A stretch of DNA of 60,431 nucleotides from Candidatus Enterousia sp. (GTDB taxonomy: Bacteria > Pseudomonadota > Alphaproteobacteria > Rs-D84): contig JAZRGB010000042.1 of the NCBI GenBank assembly GCA_045643965.1, positions 1-60,431 on the forward strand, written 5' to 3'. Shown in pieces: positions 27,675-36,795 of this stretch. Within the stretch, counting starts at the first letter, position 1, and the number at the start of each line of letters is the position of its first letter. Position numbers and translations under genes: made by a program. The notes under the pieces are model-generated. The model was not told the DNA's origin, made no database searches, and saw nothing but the letters and a program-made list of their open reading frames with translations.

Positions 27675-28217
27675 ATGCAAAACACAGTCATTTTCATAAC
27701 ACTGGGAATTATATTAATATTGACAATCAGCGGAATTCTATTCGCACACGCAATGAACAAACGTATTTTTGCAATCACAAAAGCACTAGAAATGCAACAC
27801 AGTCTGATTATGAAAATCCAATCTGTATTAAAAAACAAATCCGCAACAAATGCCGTTGCCGAAAACGCAGAAATGATTTACCAAGATTTATTACAAAACC
27901 TGATACCAATTATGGCCGCCGTTGATATCATGCCACGCAACACAGCAGAACACCCACTTTGGCGTGCACTGGGTGGTATAATGGACGAATACGCAAAAAA
28001 TCCATTTACATTGGAAAAATTACGTCGTTGCATAAAACTAGATTCCGAAGTTGCACGTAATATCGACAATTATATGCATCGTGCAGACACATTTCTGCAT
28101 CACTTAACAACTACAGAAACAGATGGATTACTTGCATCAACATTTACAGATGGGTTACTTGGTCAATCATTAACATTCTTTGCCCAAGCAAAACAACTTG
28201 CATCACAAAGCAACTAA
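27675..28217 (+). CDS. hypothetical membrane-anchored protein, first gene of the sufBC operon
   Basis: 180 aa. N-terminal TM helix VIFITLGIILILTISGILFAHA followed by a helical soluble part. RBS agggg. Ends 5 nt before sufB. Confidence 0.6.
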   Translation: MQNTVIFITLGIILILTISGILFAHAMNKRIFAITKALEMQHSLIMKIQSVLKNKSATNAVAENAEMIYQDLLQNLIPIMAAVDIMPRNTAEHPLWRALGGIMDEYAKNPFTLEKLRRCIKLDSEVARNIDNYMHRADTFLHHLTTTETDGLLASTFTDGLLGQSLTFFAQAKQLASQSN

Positions 28218-28222
28218 AACAT

Positions 28223-29551
28223 ATGACAAAACTATCCGAACAACTTATTGTCGAAATATCAAAAAAACGCGAAGAACCGGATTGGTTACTACAGTGGCGA
28301 CTAGACGCGTACAGAACATGGACAAAAATGTCTGAACCCCACTGGGCAGAAATAGAATATACACCTATCGATTATGATTCTTTAAATTATTACAACGAAC
28401 CAAAGCCTGTTGATAATTCAGACTTGTCACAAATATACGATAAAATGGGCTTGCCTGAAAATGAAAAGAAAGCATTACTGGGCATGGCAACCGACACCGT
28501 CATCGACAGTCGTTCCGTTCACACTTCTTATACATCAGAACTTGAAAAACACGGTATAATATTTTTACCATTTTCAGACGCTGTAAAAAAACATCCAGAA
28601 CTGGTCCAAAAATATCTGGGCAGCATAGTACCAAAAACAGACAATTTTTTTGCCGCACTAAATGCTGCTGTTTTTTCAGACGGCACATTTGTATATATTC
28701 CGCCAAACACAAAATGCCCGATTGATTTAGCAAGTTTTTTCAGAATCGAAACAGCAAAAATCGGTCAATTTGAACGCACTTTAATAATCGCAGATACAGG
28801 TTCGGAATTATCATACATGGAAGGTTGCAGTGCCCCACGTCGCACAAACCATCAATTACACAGTGGCGTTGTTGAAATTATAGTCTGCAAAGACGCAACT
28901 GTAAAATACGCAACTGTTCAAAACTGGTACGCCGGCAAATTTGACGGCAAAAAAAATATTGGTGGCATATTAAATTTTGTAACAAAACGTGGACGCTGCG
29001 ATGAAAACGCAAAACTTTTGTGGACCCAGGTCGAAGTTGGTTCAACACTAACCTGGAAATACCCATCTACAATATTAACAGGCAATAATTCGTTCAGTGA
29101 TTTTTATTCTCTGTCCATCACACGTGGGGCCCAAATGGCGGACACTGGCACAAAAATGATTCATATTGGAAACAACAGCAAATCAAATATTGTTTCATAC
29201 GGTGTTGCAACCGATATATCACAACAAACATTTCGCAGTCTTGTATCTTTTTCCGGGAACGATTGTACAAACGCATCAAAATGCGACAGCAGATTAATTG
29301 ACGATACCGCAGTTGCAAATACCCTGCCCCGAATTATACACAATGGTTCAAACAACAAACAATCCCACGAAGCATCAACTGGAACAATCGACGCAGCAAC
29401 ATTAAATTATTTAAACATGGCAGGAATTGAAACAGACACCGCAATCGCACTTATAATTGGTGCAACCGCAACACCTGTACTTTCAAGATTACCAATGGAA
29501 TTTCTGGTAGAATCAAAACAATTAATACAAATGGCATTATCAAAGGATTAA
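28223..29551 (+). CDS. sufB: Fe-S cluster assembly scaffold SufB
   Basis: Strong colinear resemblance to recalled E. coli SufB: FERTLIIADTGSELSYMEGCSAP, GGILNFVTKRG, TWKYPS, ADTGTKMIHIGNNSKSNI, SHEASTG, LPMEF.VE. 442 aa, so shorter at the N-terminus. Confidence 0.9.
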   Translation: MTKLSEQLIVEISKKREEPDWLLQWRLDAYRTWTKMSEPHWAEIEYTPIDYDSLNYYNEPKPVDNSDLSQIYDKMGLPENEKKALLGMATDTVIDSRSVHTSYTSELEKHGIIFLPFSDAVKKHPELVQKYLGSIVPKTDNFFAALNAAVFSDGTFVYIPPNTKCPIDLASFFRIETAKIGQFERTLIIADTGSELSYMEGCSAPRRTNHQLHSGVVEIIVCKDATVKYATVQNWYAGKFDGKKNIGGILNFVTKRGRCDENAKLLWTQVEVGSTLTWKYPSTILTGNNSFSDFYSLSITRGAQMADTGTKMIHIGNNSKSNIVSYGVATDISQQTFRSLVSFSGNDCTNASKCDSRLIDDTAVANTLPRIIHNGSNNKQSHEASTGTIDAATLNYLNMAGIETDTAIALIIGATATPVLSRLPMEFLVESKQLIQMALSKD

Positions 29552-29553
29552 CA

Positions 29554-30231
29554 ATGCTTGAAATAAAAAATTTAACAGTAACATTATCAAACCGTGAATT
29601 ATTGAAAAACATATCATTAAAAATTGATAGTGGTTCACGCGTTTTATTATCTGGGCATAATGGTTCTGGAAAATCAACACTTGCGAACACAATCGCAGGA
29701 AATCCGTCGTACACAATAAAATCAGGCAATATAATTTTCGACAACAAAGATATAACTAATGAAAACACAACAACCCGTGCATTAATGGGCATATTCTTGG
29801 GTTCACAACACGTTCCAGAAATACCAGGTTTAACAATACTTAGTTTTTTAAAACATTCTTGTGTTGCACACACACATTTTAAATCAGGTCACGATTTATC
29901 AATGGGCGAATTCTTGAAAAAAATAGAATCCGCACGAACACAATTAAACATACCACAACAATGGTTAAACCGCAGTGTTAACGTTGGTTTTTCTGGTGGC
30001 GAAAGAAAAAAGATAATGTTATTACAACTGATAATGACACAACCAAAACTTGCTATTCTGGACGAACCAGATTCTGGTGCAGACAGTCAAACACAACAAT
30101 TAATTGCAGACACAATCAACTCTATGCCAAATACAACATTTTTATTTATCAGTCATCAGCAATCTTTTACAGACATGATTTCACCGACGGACACAATTAC
30201 TTTATCTGATGGACAAATTGTGATAAAATAA
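29554..30231 (+). CDS. sufC: Fe-S cluster assembly ATPase SufC
   Basis: GHNGSGKSTLANTIAGNPSY, NVGFSGGERKK, LAILDEPDSG. 225 aa. RBS aaagga. Confidence 0.88.
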   Translation: MLEIKNLTVTLSNRELLKNISLKIDSGSRVLLSGHNGSGKSTLANTIAGNPSYTIKSGNIIFDNKDITNENTTTRALMGIFLGSQHVPEIPGLTILSFLKHSCVAHTHFKSGHDLSMGEFLKKIESARTQLNIPQQWLNRSVNVGFSGGERKKIMLLQLIMTQPKLAILDEPDSGADSQTQQLIADTINSMPNTTFLFISHQQSFTDMISPTDTITLSDGQIVIK

Positions 30232-30262
30232 GAAACACACAACACCAAGGAAAGGAACACAA

Positions 30263-31165
30263 ATGCAAAAGACAACAACATTGTTAACATGGTTATTAAA
30301 AACACCTTTTAAATTTGCCTTGATTTCATTTATAACATCTATACTGGCAATTATCATATTTTCGTTGATATTTTCTAATAATACCACATCTGCAACACCG
30401 TTATACATACTGTTAACAATCGCATTTGCAATCAGCACATATTTCACAGTTCGCAGTTTACCAAAGCTAAAAATGGATCGTCCATCTTTTGTCGCCATAC
30501 ACAGTGCACAAACATTACTGGTTTTTTTATTATTCACTGCATTGATATATATTTTAACACACAATCAACAGACATTAATGTTTCGCTTAATGACGTTTGA
30601 TTCCAGTCATCCAAATATATTTATGTTTATTGTTGTACTTATTTCATTATATTTATTGTTTTTATTGGGAACTGCGGTTGTTAATTTTTATATAAAAATC
30701 TGCCGCATACAGCAGTTTAACATACCAACATGGAAAATTATTTTCAGTTTTCCTTTTGGTTTCAGCATGTTATGGGTCCCTGGATATTTACTGGATACAA
30801 AACCCGTTAAAACACCATCACAAGAAATCAAATCAAAAACATATTCAAAAATAATTAATTGGGTGCTGACAAATAACATAAATACAGTATGTGCATTTAT
30901 ATTTATCACATTATTATCTGGATTCTTTGTTGGTATGGCACCAATGCTGTTGACATTTATCTTGGCAATAATATTTGGATTATGGTCAACCCAAACTGGT
31001 GCAAAAAAGTTTGAAAAACAAATGAACAAAACATATTCAACAACCGCCATAATAATAAATATCGCAATGATTATTATCCTCAGTTGTTTTTATGCATTGG
31101 CACCAAAACCAAATGTACACATTAACATAACAGAATCTGAAATCATCACAACCCAAGGACAATAA
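30263..31165 (+). CDS. hypothetical polytopic membrane protein (occupies the position usually held by sufD)
   Basis: 300 aa with about 8 hydrophobic segments. RBS aaggaaagga. No SufD-like beta-helix sequence. Confidence 0.6.
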   Translation: MQKTTTLLTWLLKTPFKFALISFITSILAIIIFSLIFSNNTTSATPLYILLTIAFAISTYFTVRSLPKLKMDRPSFVAIHSAQTLLVFLLFTALIYILTHNQQTLMFRLMTFDSSHPNIFMFIVVLISLYLLFLLGTAVVNFYIKICRIQQFNIPTWKIIFSFPFGFSMLWVPGYLLDTKPVKTPSQEIKSKTYSKIINWVLTNNINTVCAFIFITLLSGFFVGMAPMLLTFILAIIFGLWSTQTGAKKFEKQMNKTYSTTAIIINIAMIIILSCFYALAPKPNVHINITESEIITTQGQ

Positions 31166-31167
31166 AC

Positions 31168-32211
31168 ATGAACGGAATCGTCATATTTGCAGGTCTTATA
31201 TTATTTTTATGGCTGGGGCGTTCTATATTGATACCATTACTGGTGGCTGCTTTTTTATGGTATTTAACAAACGCAATTTCTGATTACTATCGCAAGATAT
31301 TTCCATATAAAAACCCGACCACAAAATCAGAAAAAATATATTGGCATATCTTTAATTGGATATCTAATATTGCCAGTCTTGCAACAATCTGTTTTGTTAT
31401 ATACTTATTCATCACACAAATCAAACCAATGTTTTCCGAACTGGCATCTATATTACCAGCAATCCAAGAAAAATTAACTATGTTTGGTGCATACTTATCA
31501 AATTCTATCGGTTTTAAATTTGATGCAAACATGATACCAAACATCACAAAAATTGCGGCTAATATCGGTGCATCTGTTGCATCTGCTGCAACGTCTATGG
31601 GAATGGTTTTTGTTTATATGATATTTATGTTCATTGAACAAAGTACATTTAATCAGAAATTTTCATCACTGTTTTCTAATAAACGCCAATATAAAAAATC
31701 TCGTTTCATATTGGACAGTATTGATTACAACATGAAAAAATACCTGTTTGTTAAAACTGCTATTTCTGCAATTACTGGTATCTTGTCATTTATATGGTTG
31801 CAATTGATTGGCGTCGAATTCGCCAGCGTTTGGGCATTCATTGTATTTATAACCAGTTATATTCCAACGATTGGTGCAATTATTGCATGTACATTACCAA
31901 TTTTGTATTCATTAGTAATGGCACCAACACTGCAACAACCAATATTAACAGCTATTGGTTTAATTACATTACAAATACTGTTTGGAAATTTGCTGGAACC
32001 AAAACTAACAGGGAAAACATTAAACATATCAACGCTGGCAATATTAATAAATTTAGTATTCTGGGGTATGATATGGGGCATCGCTGGAATGTTCTTTAGT
32101 GTACCAATGTTGGTTGCAATATATATCATCTGTGCCCAGTTTGATTCAACACGTTGGGTCGCTGTATTATTATCTGCAGATGGCAATATTCCAGAAAAAA
32201 ATGAAGATTAA
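31168..32211 (+). CDS. AI-2E family transporter (PerM/YhhT-like, UPF0118)
   Basis: 347 aa, multi-TM. Characteristic ...YIPTIGAIIA..LPILY... and LLEPKLTGKTLNIS.LAIL..L.FWG.IWG..GMFFSVP. Confidence 0.8.
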   Translation: MNGIVIFAGLILFLWLGRSILIPLLVAAFLWYLTNAISDYYRKIFPYKNPTTKSEKIYWHIFNWISNIASLATICFVIYLFITQIKPMFSELASILPAIQEKLTMFGAYLSNSIGFKFDANMIPNITKIAANIGASVASAATSMGMVFVYMIFMFIEQSTFNQKFSSLFSNKRQYKKSRFILDSIDYNMKKYLFVKTAISAITGILSFIWLQLIGVEFASVWAFIVFITSYIPTIGAIIACTLPILYSLVMAPTLQQPILTAIGLITLQILFGNLLEPKLTGKTLNISTLAILINLVFWGMIWGIAGMFFSVPMLVAIYIICAQFDSTRWVAVLLSADGNIPEKNED

Positions 32212-32212
32212 A

Positions 32213-32235
32213 AAAACGGGTTTTATGCCCGTTTT
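32213..32235. terminator. hairpin terminator overlapping the ruvX 3' end
   Basis: aaaacggg-ttttatg-cccgtttt. The right arm encodes the last ruvX codons. Lies between convergent genes. Confidence 0.5.
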
Positions 32236-32672
32236 ATTATTGCTATTGCATTTTCTAATATCACACGTGCTGATTCTGAATCCAGCCTTTGCTTAATATC
32301 ACGCACCCTGACCCGTCCCATAGATTCCTGGGCAGATACAGATGTTAAATTTTCTTCGATAAAACAAATTGGCAAATCTGTTTTTACTGATAATTCATCT
32401 ACAAAATCACGCACCATCTTTGTTGTATCTGATTCCGACCCGTCATTTCGAACAGGCAAACCAACAACAATTGCCACCACTCCTTCTTCCATCGCAGTCT
32501 TTGCAACAATATCTGCATGACATGTTGCACCACGCGACATCTGAATTACAGGTCTGGTAAAAACAAAATCACCAGTTGCATCAGACACAGCAAGCCCAAT
32601 TCTGGACAAACCCCAATCAACCCCTAAAATACGTCCCACACGTGGAAAAGCCTTGAAATCTGGCAAAATCAT
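32223..32672 (-). CDS. ruvX: YqgF/RuvX putative pre-16S rRNA nuclease (Holliday-junction-resolvase-like)
   Basis: 149 aa. N-terminal ILGVDWGLSRIGLAVSD and ...VVGLPV..DGSES... motifs. Confidence 0.85.
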   Translation of the reverse strand: MILPDFKAFPRVGRILGVDWGLSRIGLAVSDATGDFVFTRPVIQMSRGATCHADIVAKTAMEEGVVAIVVGLPVRNDGSESDTTKMVRDFVDELSVKTDLPICFIEENLTSVSAQESMGRVRVRDIKQRLDSESARVILENAIAIIKRA

Positions 32673-32709
32673 TGTATAATTCCTTTACTTTATAAATATA
32701 GGATTGAAA

Positions 32710-33006
32710 ATGGCATTTAGCAAGCAACAATTACAAAAATTCGCAGATTTAATTCGAATTGAAATATCTGATGAAAAACTGGCAGAAATGAACATTGATT
32801 CAGTTGTCGAATGGCTGGATAAATTACAACAAATCGATACGACTGGTGTAAAACCGTTATTAAACCCATCTGAACACAAATTACCACAACGCCCAGACGT
32901 TGTAACAGACGGTAATATTCGTGATTTGGTTTTGGCAAACACACCTGATAATGCCGGCACATCACGCGGATATTTTGCAGTACCAAAAGTTATGGACGGA
33001 GAATAG
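32710..33006 (+). CDS. gatC: Asp/Glu-tRNA amidotransferase subunit C
   Basis: 98 aa from the ATG at 32710 (the track start at 32704 is a TTG). Typical ...LA.L.I.....E......L..IL.....L..IDT.GV.P pattern, and its position upstream of gatA fits. Confidence 0.85.
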   Translation: MAFSKQQLQKFADLIRIEISDEKLAEMNIDSVVEWLDKLQQIDTTGVKPLLNPSEHKLPQRPDVVTDGNIRDLVLANTPDNAGTSRGYFAVPKVMDGE

Positions 33007-33007
33007 T

Positions 33008-33421
33008 ATGTCAAAAAGACAGTCTAGAATACCTATAAAATTTATAATACCGGATCAATATGACAACTTTATGTCCACATATGTAAATCTGGGCTATGTA
33101 TCACCTGAACAGGCACAAGAAATAATAAACCAATTCAAGACGCATAAACCTGCTAAAAACGCATGTCTTACAGATTTAAATATAACACTTGAAGAATGGG
33201 TATATTTTGGTCGTCCTAATGGCGAACATACTCACTCACTTGAAATATCCGGCATGTTTTACCCAAACAAAATGCCACAATGTACCAAATGCATACCTTC
33301 AGACATTGCCAAGATAAAATGTTGTGCAAGTAACCTGCAGACAGGAAAGTGCAAGGACAAGTTTATTAAACAAACATTGGGTGCAATATTGTTCCCACAA
33401 CACTATGGAAAGAAGAAATGA
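33008..33421 (+). CDS. hypothetical Cys-rich protein inserted between gatC and gatA
   Basis: 137 aa from the ATG at 33008, 1 nt after the gatC stop. Its stop overlaps the gatA ATG (ATGA). Contains a CTKC...CC...C cluster. No family recognised. Confidence 0.55.
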   Translation: MSKRQSRIPIKFIIPDQYDNFMSTYVNLGYVSPEQAQEIINQFKTHKPAKNACLTDLNITLEEWVYFGRPNGEHTHSLEISGMFYPNKMPQCTKCIPSDIAKIKCCASNLQTGKCKDKFIKQTLGAILFPQHYGKKK

Positions 33422-34884
33422 TAAACCTGACGATAGTTGAAGCCTTAGAAAAATTAAACAGTGGTGAAATCACATCTGTTGAACTGACACGTGCATATTT
33501 AAATCGCATTGAACAATACGGCACTGATTTAAACTGTTATATCACTGTCACCCCAGAACGTGCAATGGCAGACGCTGCTGCATCTGATGCACGACGTGCA
33601 TCTGGAAACGCATTACCACTGGACGGTATTCCAATGGCAATGAAAGATTTATTTGCAACACGTGGGATTCGTACAACCGCTGCATCACGTATGCTTGAAA
33701 ATTTTGTACCAGAATACGAATCGACTGTTTCACAGAATTTAATCAACGCAGGTACAGTATTACTGGGCAAAGCAAACTTGGACGAATTTGCAATGGGAAC
33801 TTTCAGCAAGACCAGTTTCTTTGGTGCACCTGTTAACCCATGGCAACTGGAAAAACATTTAACTGCCGGTGGTTCATCTGGCGGTTCAACATCTGCGGTT
33901 GCTGGTGGTTTGGCATTATGTGCAACCGGCACAGACACGGGCGGTTCAATCCGTTTTCCAGCTGCAATTACAGGTATGGTTGGCATGAAACCAACATACG
34001 GTTTGTGTTCACGTTGGGGCTGCGTTGCATTTGCATCTTCATTGGACACCCCAGGCCCAATCACACGTACAGTTGACGATGCCGCATTAATGTTGTCATG
34101 TATGGCAGGACACGATCCAAAAGATTCAACCAGTGCCAAGAACGGTTTTACATGTAACGAACCATTAAAACCAATCTTGGGCGAAGGTAAAAAATTACGC
34201 GTTGGCGTTATCAAAGAATTTGCAGATGTTGAAATTTCATCTGACATGAAAACATTATTTGAAAAACGTATCGCAGATTTAAAATCTATGGGTGCAGAAA
34301 TTATCGAAGTTTCTATTCCAAACATCTTGGACGCATTGGCTGCATATTACATCATCGCCCCAGCCGAAGCATCATCAAACTTGGCACGTTATGACGGTAT
34401 GCGTTATGGTCTGCGTGTCGAAGGCAATGATTTAATTGACACATACAAAAAAACACGTGCTGCCGGTTTTGGCGACGAAGTACAACGTCGTATGATTATT
34501 GGGACTGCTGTACTATCCAGCGAATCATATGATGTATATTTCATGCAGGCTGCCCGTGTACGTCGTATGATTGCAGACAGTTTTAATTCAGCATTTGAAC
34601 AATGCGATTTAATCGTATGCCCTGCATCTGCAGGTACTGCAATGCCATTGGACGCATCGCTGTCACCATTGGAATTCTATGCATTGGATTTATTCACAGT
34701 TGCAATGAATCTGGCTGGTGTCCCTGCATGCAGCGTTCCATGTGGATTGGCACAAAACGGTTTACCATTGGGAATGCAAGTTGTTGGCCCACGTTTCGCA
34801 GATATGCATGTTTTACAATTAGCAAAGCATATCGAAGCAGCAGCATCTGTTGACAACCGCCCAACAACAATTATGGGAAAATAA
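33418..34884 (+). CDS. gatA: Glu-tRNA(Gln)/Asp-tRNA(Asn) amidotransferase subunit A
   Basis: 488 aa. Amidase signature GGSSGGSTSAVA, KDLF..RGIRTTA.S. Confidence 0.93.
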   Translation: MINLTIVEALEKLNSGEITSVELTRAYLNRIEQYGTDLNCYITVTPERAMADAAASDARRASGNALPLDGIPMAMKDLFATRGIRTTAASRMLENFVPEYESTVSQNLINAGTVLLGKANLDEFAMGTFSKTSFFGAPVNPWQLEKHLTAGGSSGGSTSAVAGGLALCATGTDTGGSIRFPAAITGMVGMKPTYGLCSRWGCVAFASSLDTPGPITRTVDDAALMLSCMAGHDPKDSTSAKNGFTCNEPLKPILGEGKKLRVGVIKEFADVEISSDMKTLFEKRIADLKSMGAEIIEVSIPNILDALAAYYIIAPAEASSNLARYDGMRYGLRVEGNDLIDTYKKTRAAGFGDEVQRRMIIGTAVLSSESYDVYFMQAARVRRMIADSFNSAFEQCDLIVCPASAGTAMPLDASLSPLEFYALDLFTVAMNLAGVPACSVPCGLAQNGLPLGMQVVGPRFADMHVLQLAKHIEAAASVDNRPTTIMGK

Positions 34885-34910
34885 AAATGAATCAAAACAT
34901 CATCTCTTTG

Positions 34911-34938
34911 ACAATAAAAAAATCGACCGCAACGGCCG
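34911..34938 (-). terminator. unidirectional intrinsic terminator after tRNA-Phe
   Basis: The minus strand reads cggccg-uug-cggucg (one G-U pair) followed by auuuuuuuauu. The plus strand has no T-run after the hairpin, so gatA-to-gatB read-through remains plausible. Confidence 0.5.
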
Positions 34939-34953
34939 AAAGAAAGGAGATGA

Positions 34954-35029
34954 TGGTGGCTAGGGACGGAATCGAACCGCCGACACAGGGATTTTCAGTC
35001 CCTTGCTCTACCAACTGAGCTACCTAGCC
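34954..35029 (-). tRNA. tRNA-Phe (anticodon GAA), CCA encoded
   Basis: Reverse complement folds by hand: GGCTAGG TA GCTC AGTTGGTA GAGC A AGGGA CTGAAAA TCCCT GTGTC GGCGG TTCGATT CCGTC CCTAGCC A CCA. A full 76-nt cloverleaf. Confidence 0.92.
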
Positions 35030-35041
35030 AACGCGGAACAG

Positions 35042-35070
35042 ATAATAAGACACAAAAAATAAAAAAGCAA
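35042..35070 (-). promoter_or_regulatory. candidate promoter of tRNA-Phe, overlapping the gatB translation-initiation region on the other strand
   Basis: The minus strand reads TTGCTT, 17 bp, TATTAT. The -10 box ends 12 nt before the mature tRNA 5' end. Confidence 0.4.
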
Positions 35071-35084
35071 GGGAAAAAGAAAAA

Positions 35085-36605
35085 ATGTTTACAATAAAAG
35101 GCAAAACAGGCGATTGGGAAGTTGTAATTGGACTGGAAACACATATCGAAGTGTTATCTAATTCAAAATTATTCAGTGGTGCATCTGCTGACTATAACCC
35201 AACAGTATCCCCAAACACACAAGTTTCCATGGTTGACGTTGCAATGCCAGGTATGTTGCCTGTATTAAACGAACACTGTGTTGAACAAGCAATCAAATTC
35301 GGTTTGGGTATTAACGCTGAAATTTCACGTCACAGTCGTTTTGCACGTAAACAATATTTCTACCCTGACCTGCCCCAAGGTTATCAAATTTCCCAACCTG
35401 CTGACGAAGCACCTGTTGTTGGTCGCGGATGGGTTGAAATTATGAGCGATGACGGCAAACCAAAAAAGATTTTCATTGAACGTGCACACATGGAACAAGA
35501 TGCTGCAAAAAACAAACATGATATGCATCCGACAAAATCATTCGTTGATTTTAATCGCACCGGTGTAATGTTGCTGGAAATCGTTACCTTTTTGGACACA
35601 AAAAATCCAGAAAACAATTCTTATATTTCATCCCCAGATGAAGCAGAACGTTACCTGCGTGAAATTCGCGAAATCGCACGTGCACTGGGCGTATCCAAGG
35701 CAAACATGGAAGAAGGTTCAATGCGTGCAGACGTAAATGTATCTGTACGACCAGCCGGTTCAACAGAATTCCGCACACGCACAGAAACGAAAAACATGGT
35801 ATCATTTAAATTTATTAAATCTGCCATTGAATATGAAGCACGTCGCCAAATCGAAATATATGAAAACGGTGGACAAGTCAGCCAAGACACCATGCGATAT
35901 AATCAAGACGATGGTACAACATCTGTTATGCGTTCCAAAGAAGACGCACTGGATTACCGTTACTTCCCAGATCCAGATTTGTTACCAATCGAAATAACAG
36001 ACGAACAAATTGAACGCATACGCAAGAACATGCCAGAGTTACCATCTGCGACACGTGCTCGCTATACGGCGGAATTTGGCCTGTCTGAATATGACGCTGC
36101 CAGATTGACAGAAAACACAAACATTTCACGCTGGTTTGACACTGCTGTTAATGGTAACAAACAACATGCAAAATCAATCGCAAACTGGATGATTTCTGAA
36201 CTATTTGCACACCCAGAAAACTGGGATGAAAAAAATGAAAAATCAGGCATCGTTGATGAAATGCGTATCATCACACCATCTGATATTGCACAGTTGGTTG
36301 AAATGATTTCTGAAAATACAATTAACGGTAAACAAGCAAAAGAAATCTTTATCAAAATGCTGGATGGCGAATCGGGAACACCTCGTGAAATTGCTGATAA
36401 ATTCGGCATGAAACAAATGACAGATACTGGTGCAATCGAATCGATTATTGATGAAGTTATTTCCGCAAACCCATCACAGGTTGAACAATACAAATCTGGC
36501 AAGGTTGGCCTGTTGGGATTCTTTGTTGGTAACGTAATGAAGAAGACTGGCGGCACCGCAAACCCAAGCATAGTTAACGAAATGTTACGTAAAAAATTAG
36601 CATAA
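35085..36605 (+). CDS. gatB: Glu-tRNA(Gln)/Asp-tRNA(Asn) amidotransferase subunit B
   Basis: 506 aa. GLE.H..L....K.F, KQYFYPDLPQGYQISQ, RAHMEQDAAK, and a C-terminal YqeY-like domain. Confidence 0.93.
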   Translation: MFTIKGKTGDWEVVIGLETHIEVLSNSKLFSGASADYNPTVSPNTQVSMVDVAMPGMLPVLNEHCVEQAIKFGLGINAEISRHSRFARKQYFYPDLPQGYQISQPADEAPVVGRGWVEIMSDDGKPKKIFIERAHMEQDAAKNKHDMHPTKSFVDFNRTGVMLLEIVTFLDTKNPENNSYISSPDEAERYLREIREIARALGVSKANMEEGSMRADVNVSVRPAGSTEFRTRTETKNMVSFKFIKSAIEYEARRQIEIYENGGQVSQDTMRYNQDDGTTSVMRSKEDALDYRYFPDPDLLPIEITDEQIERIRKNMPELPSATRARYTAEFGLSEYDAARLTENTNISRWFDTAVNGNKQHAKSIANWMISELFAHPENWDEKNEKSGIVDEMRIITPSDIAQLVEMISENTINGKQAKEIFIKMLDGESGTPREIADKFGMKQMTDTGAIESIIDEVISANPSQVEQYKSGKVGLLGFFVGNVMKKTGGTANPSIVNEMLRKKLA

Positions 36606-36618
36606 AAAGGATAATAAA

Positions 36619-36792
36619 ATGACAAAAATAATAGCTATCACAGAAAACAATCATGTCACAGGCGTTGTATATGGCACAGTTAACATTCCAGATACAGAAG
36701 CAAAGATTTCACACAAACGTGCACAAAAATCATTTAAAGAATCAAAAGCACGTGTAAACGCATTACGTTGCCATCACGTAAAAAAGAAATAA
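36619..36792 (+). CDS. small basic hypothetical protein (57 aa)
   Basis: Below the track cutoff; translated by hand: MTKIIAITENNHVTGVVYGTVNIPDTEAKISHKRAQKSFKESKARVNALRCHHVKKK. RBS aaaagga lies 7-8 nt upstream of the ATG, and the ATG is 13 nt after the gatB stop. Confidence 0.4.
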   Translation: MTKIIAITENNHVTGVVYGTVNIPDTEAKISHKRAQKSFKESKARVNALRCHHVKKK

Positions 36793-36795
36793 AAA

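Noticed and set aside
33537-34325. 262-aa ORF antisense to gatA, surprisingly long for an AT-rich genome
   Set aside because: It lies entirely inside the strongly supported gatA frame. The composition is low-complexity Pro/Ala/Ser typical of the mirror frame of an RNY-biased gene. It has no RBS and no independent motif.
34885-35084. tRNA-Phe, and tRNA-Lys at 42309-42384, as integration sites of a genomic island or prophage
   Set aside because: There is no integrase, no duplicated tRNA 3' fragment (att repeat) and no phage-like genes flanking either tRNA within the window.
36062-36625. 187-aa ORF antisense to the gatB 3' half. Similar antisense ORFs occur at 3102-3572 (ftsX), 20251-20724 (pgsA), 23231-23683 (parE) and 29451-29873 (sufB/sufC)
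   Set aside because: All are shadow ORFs inside well-supported genes on the other strand, with no start context or recognisable domains.
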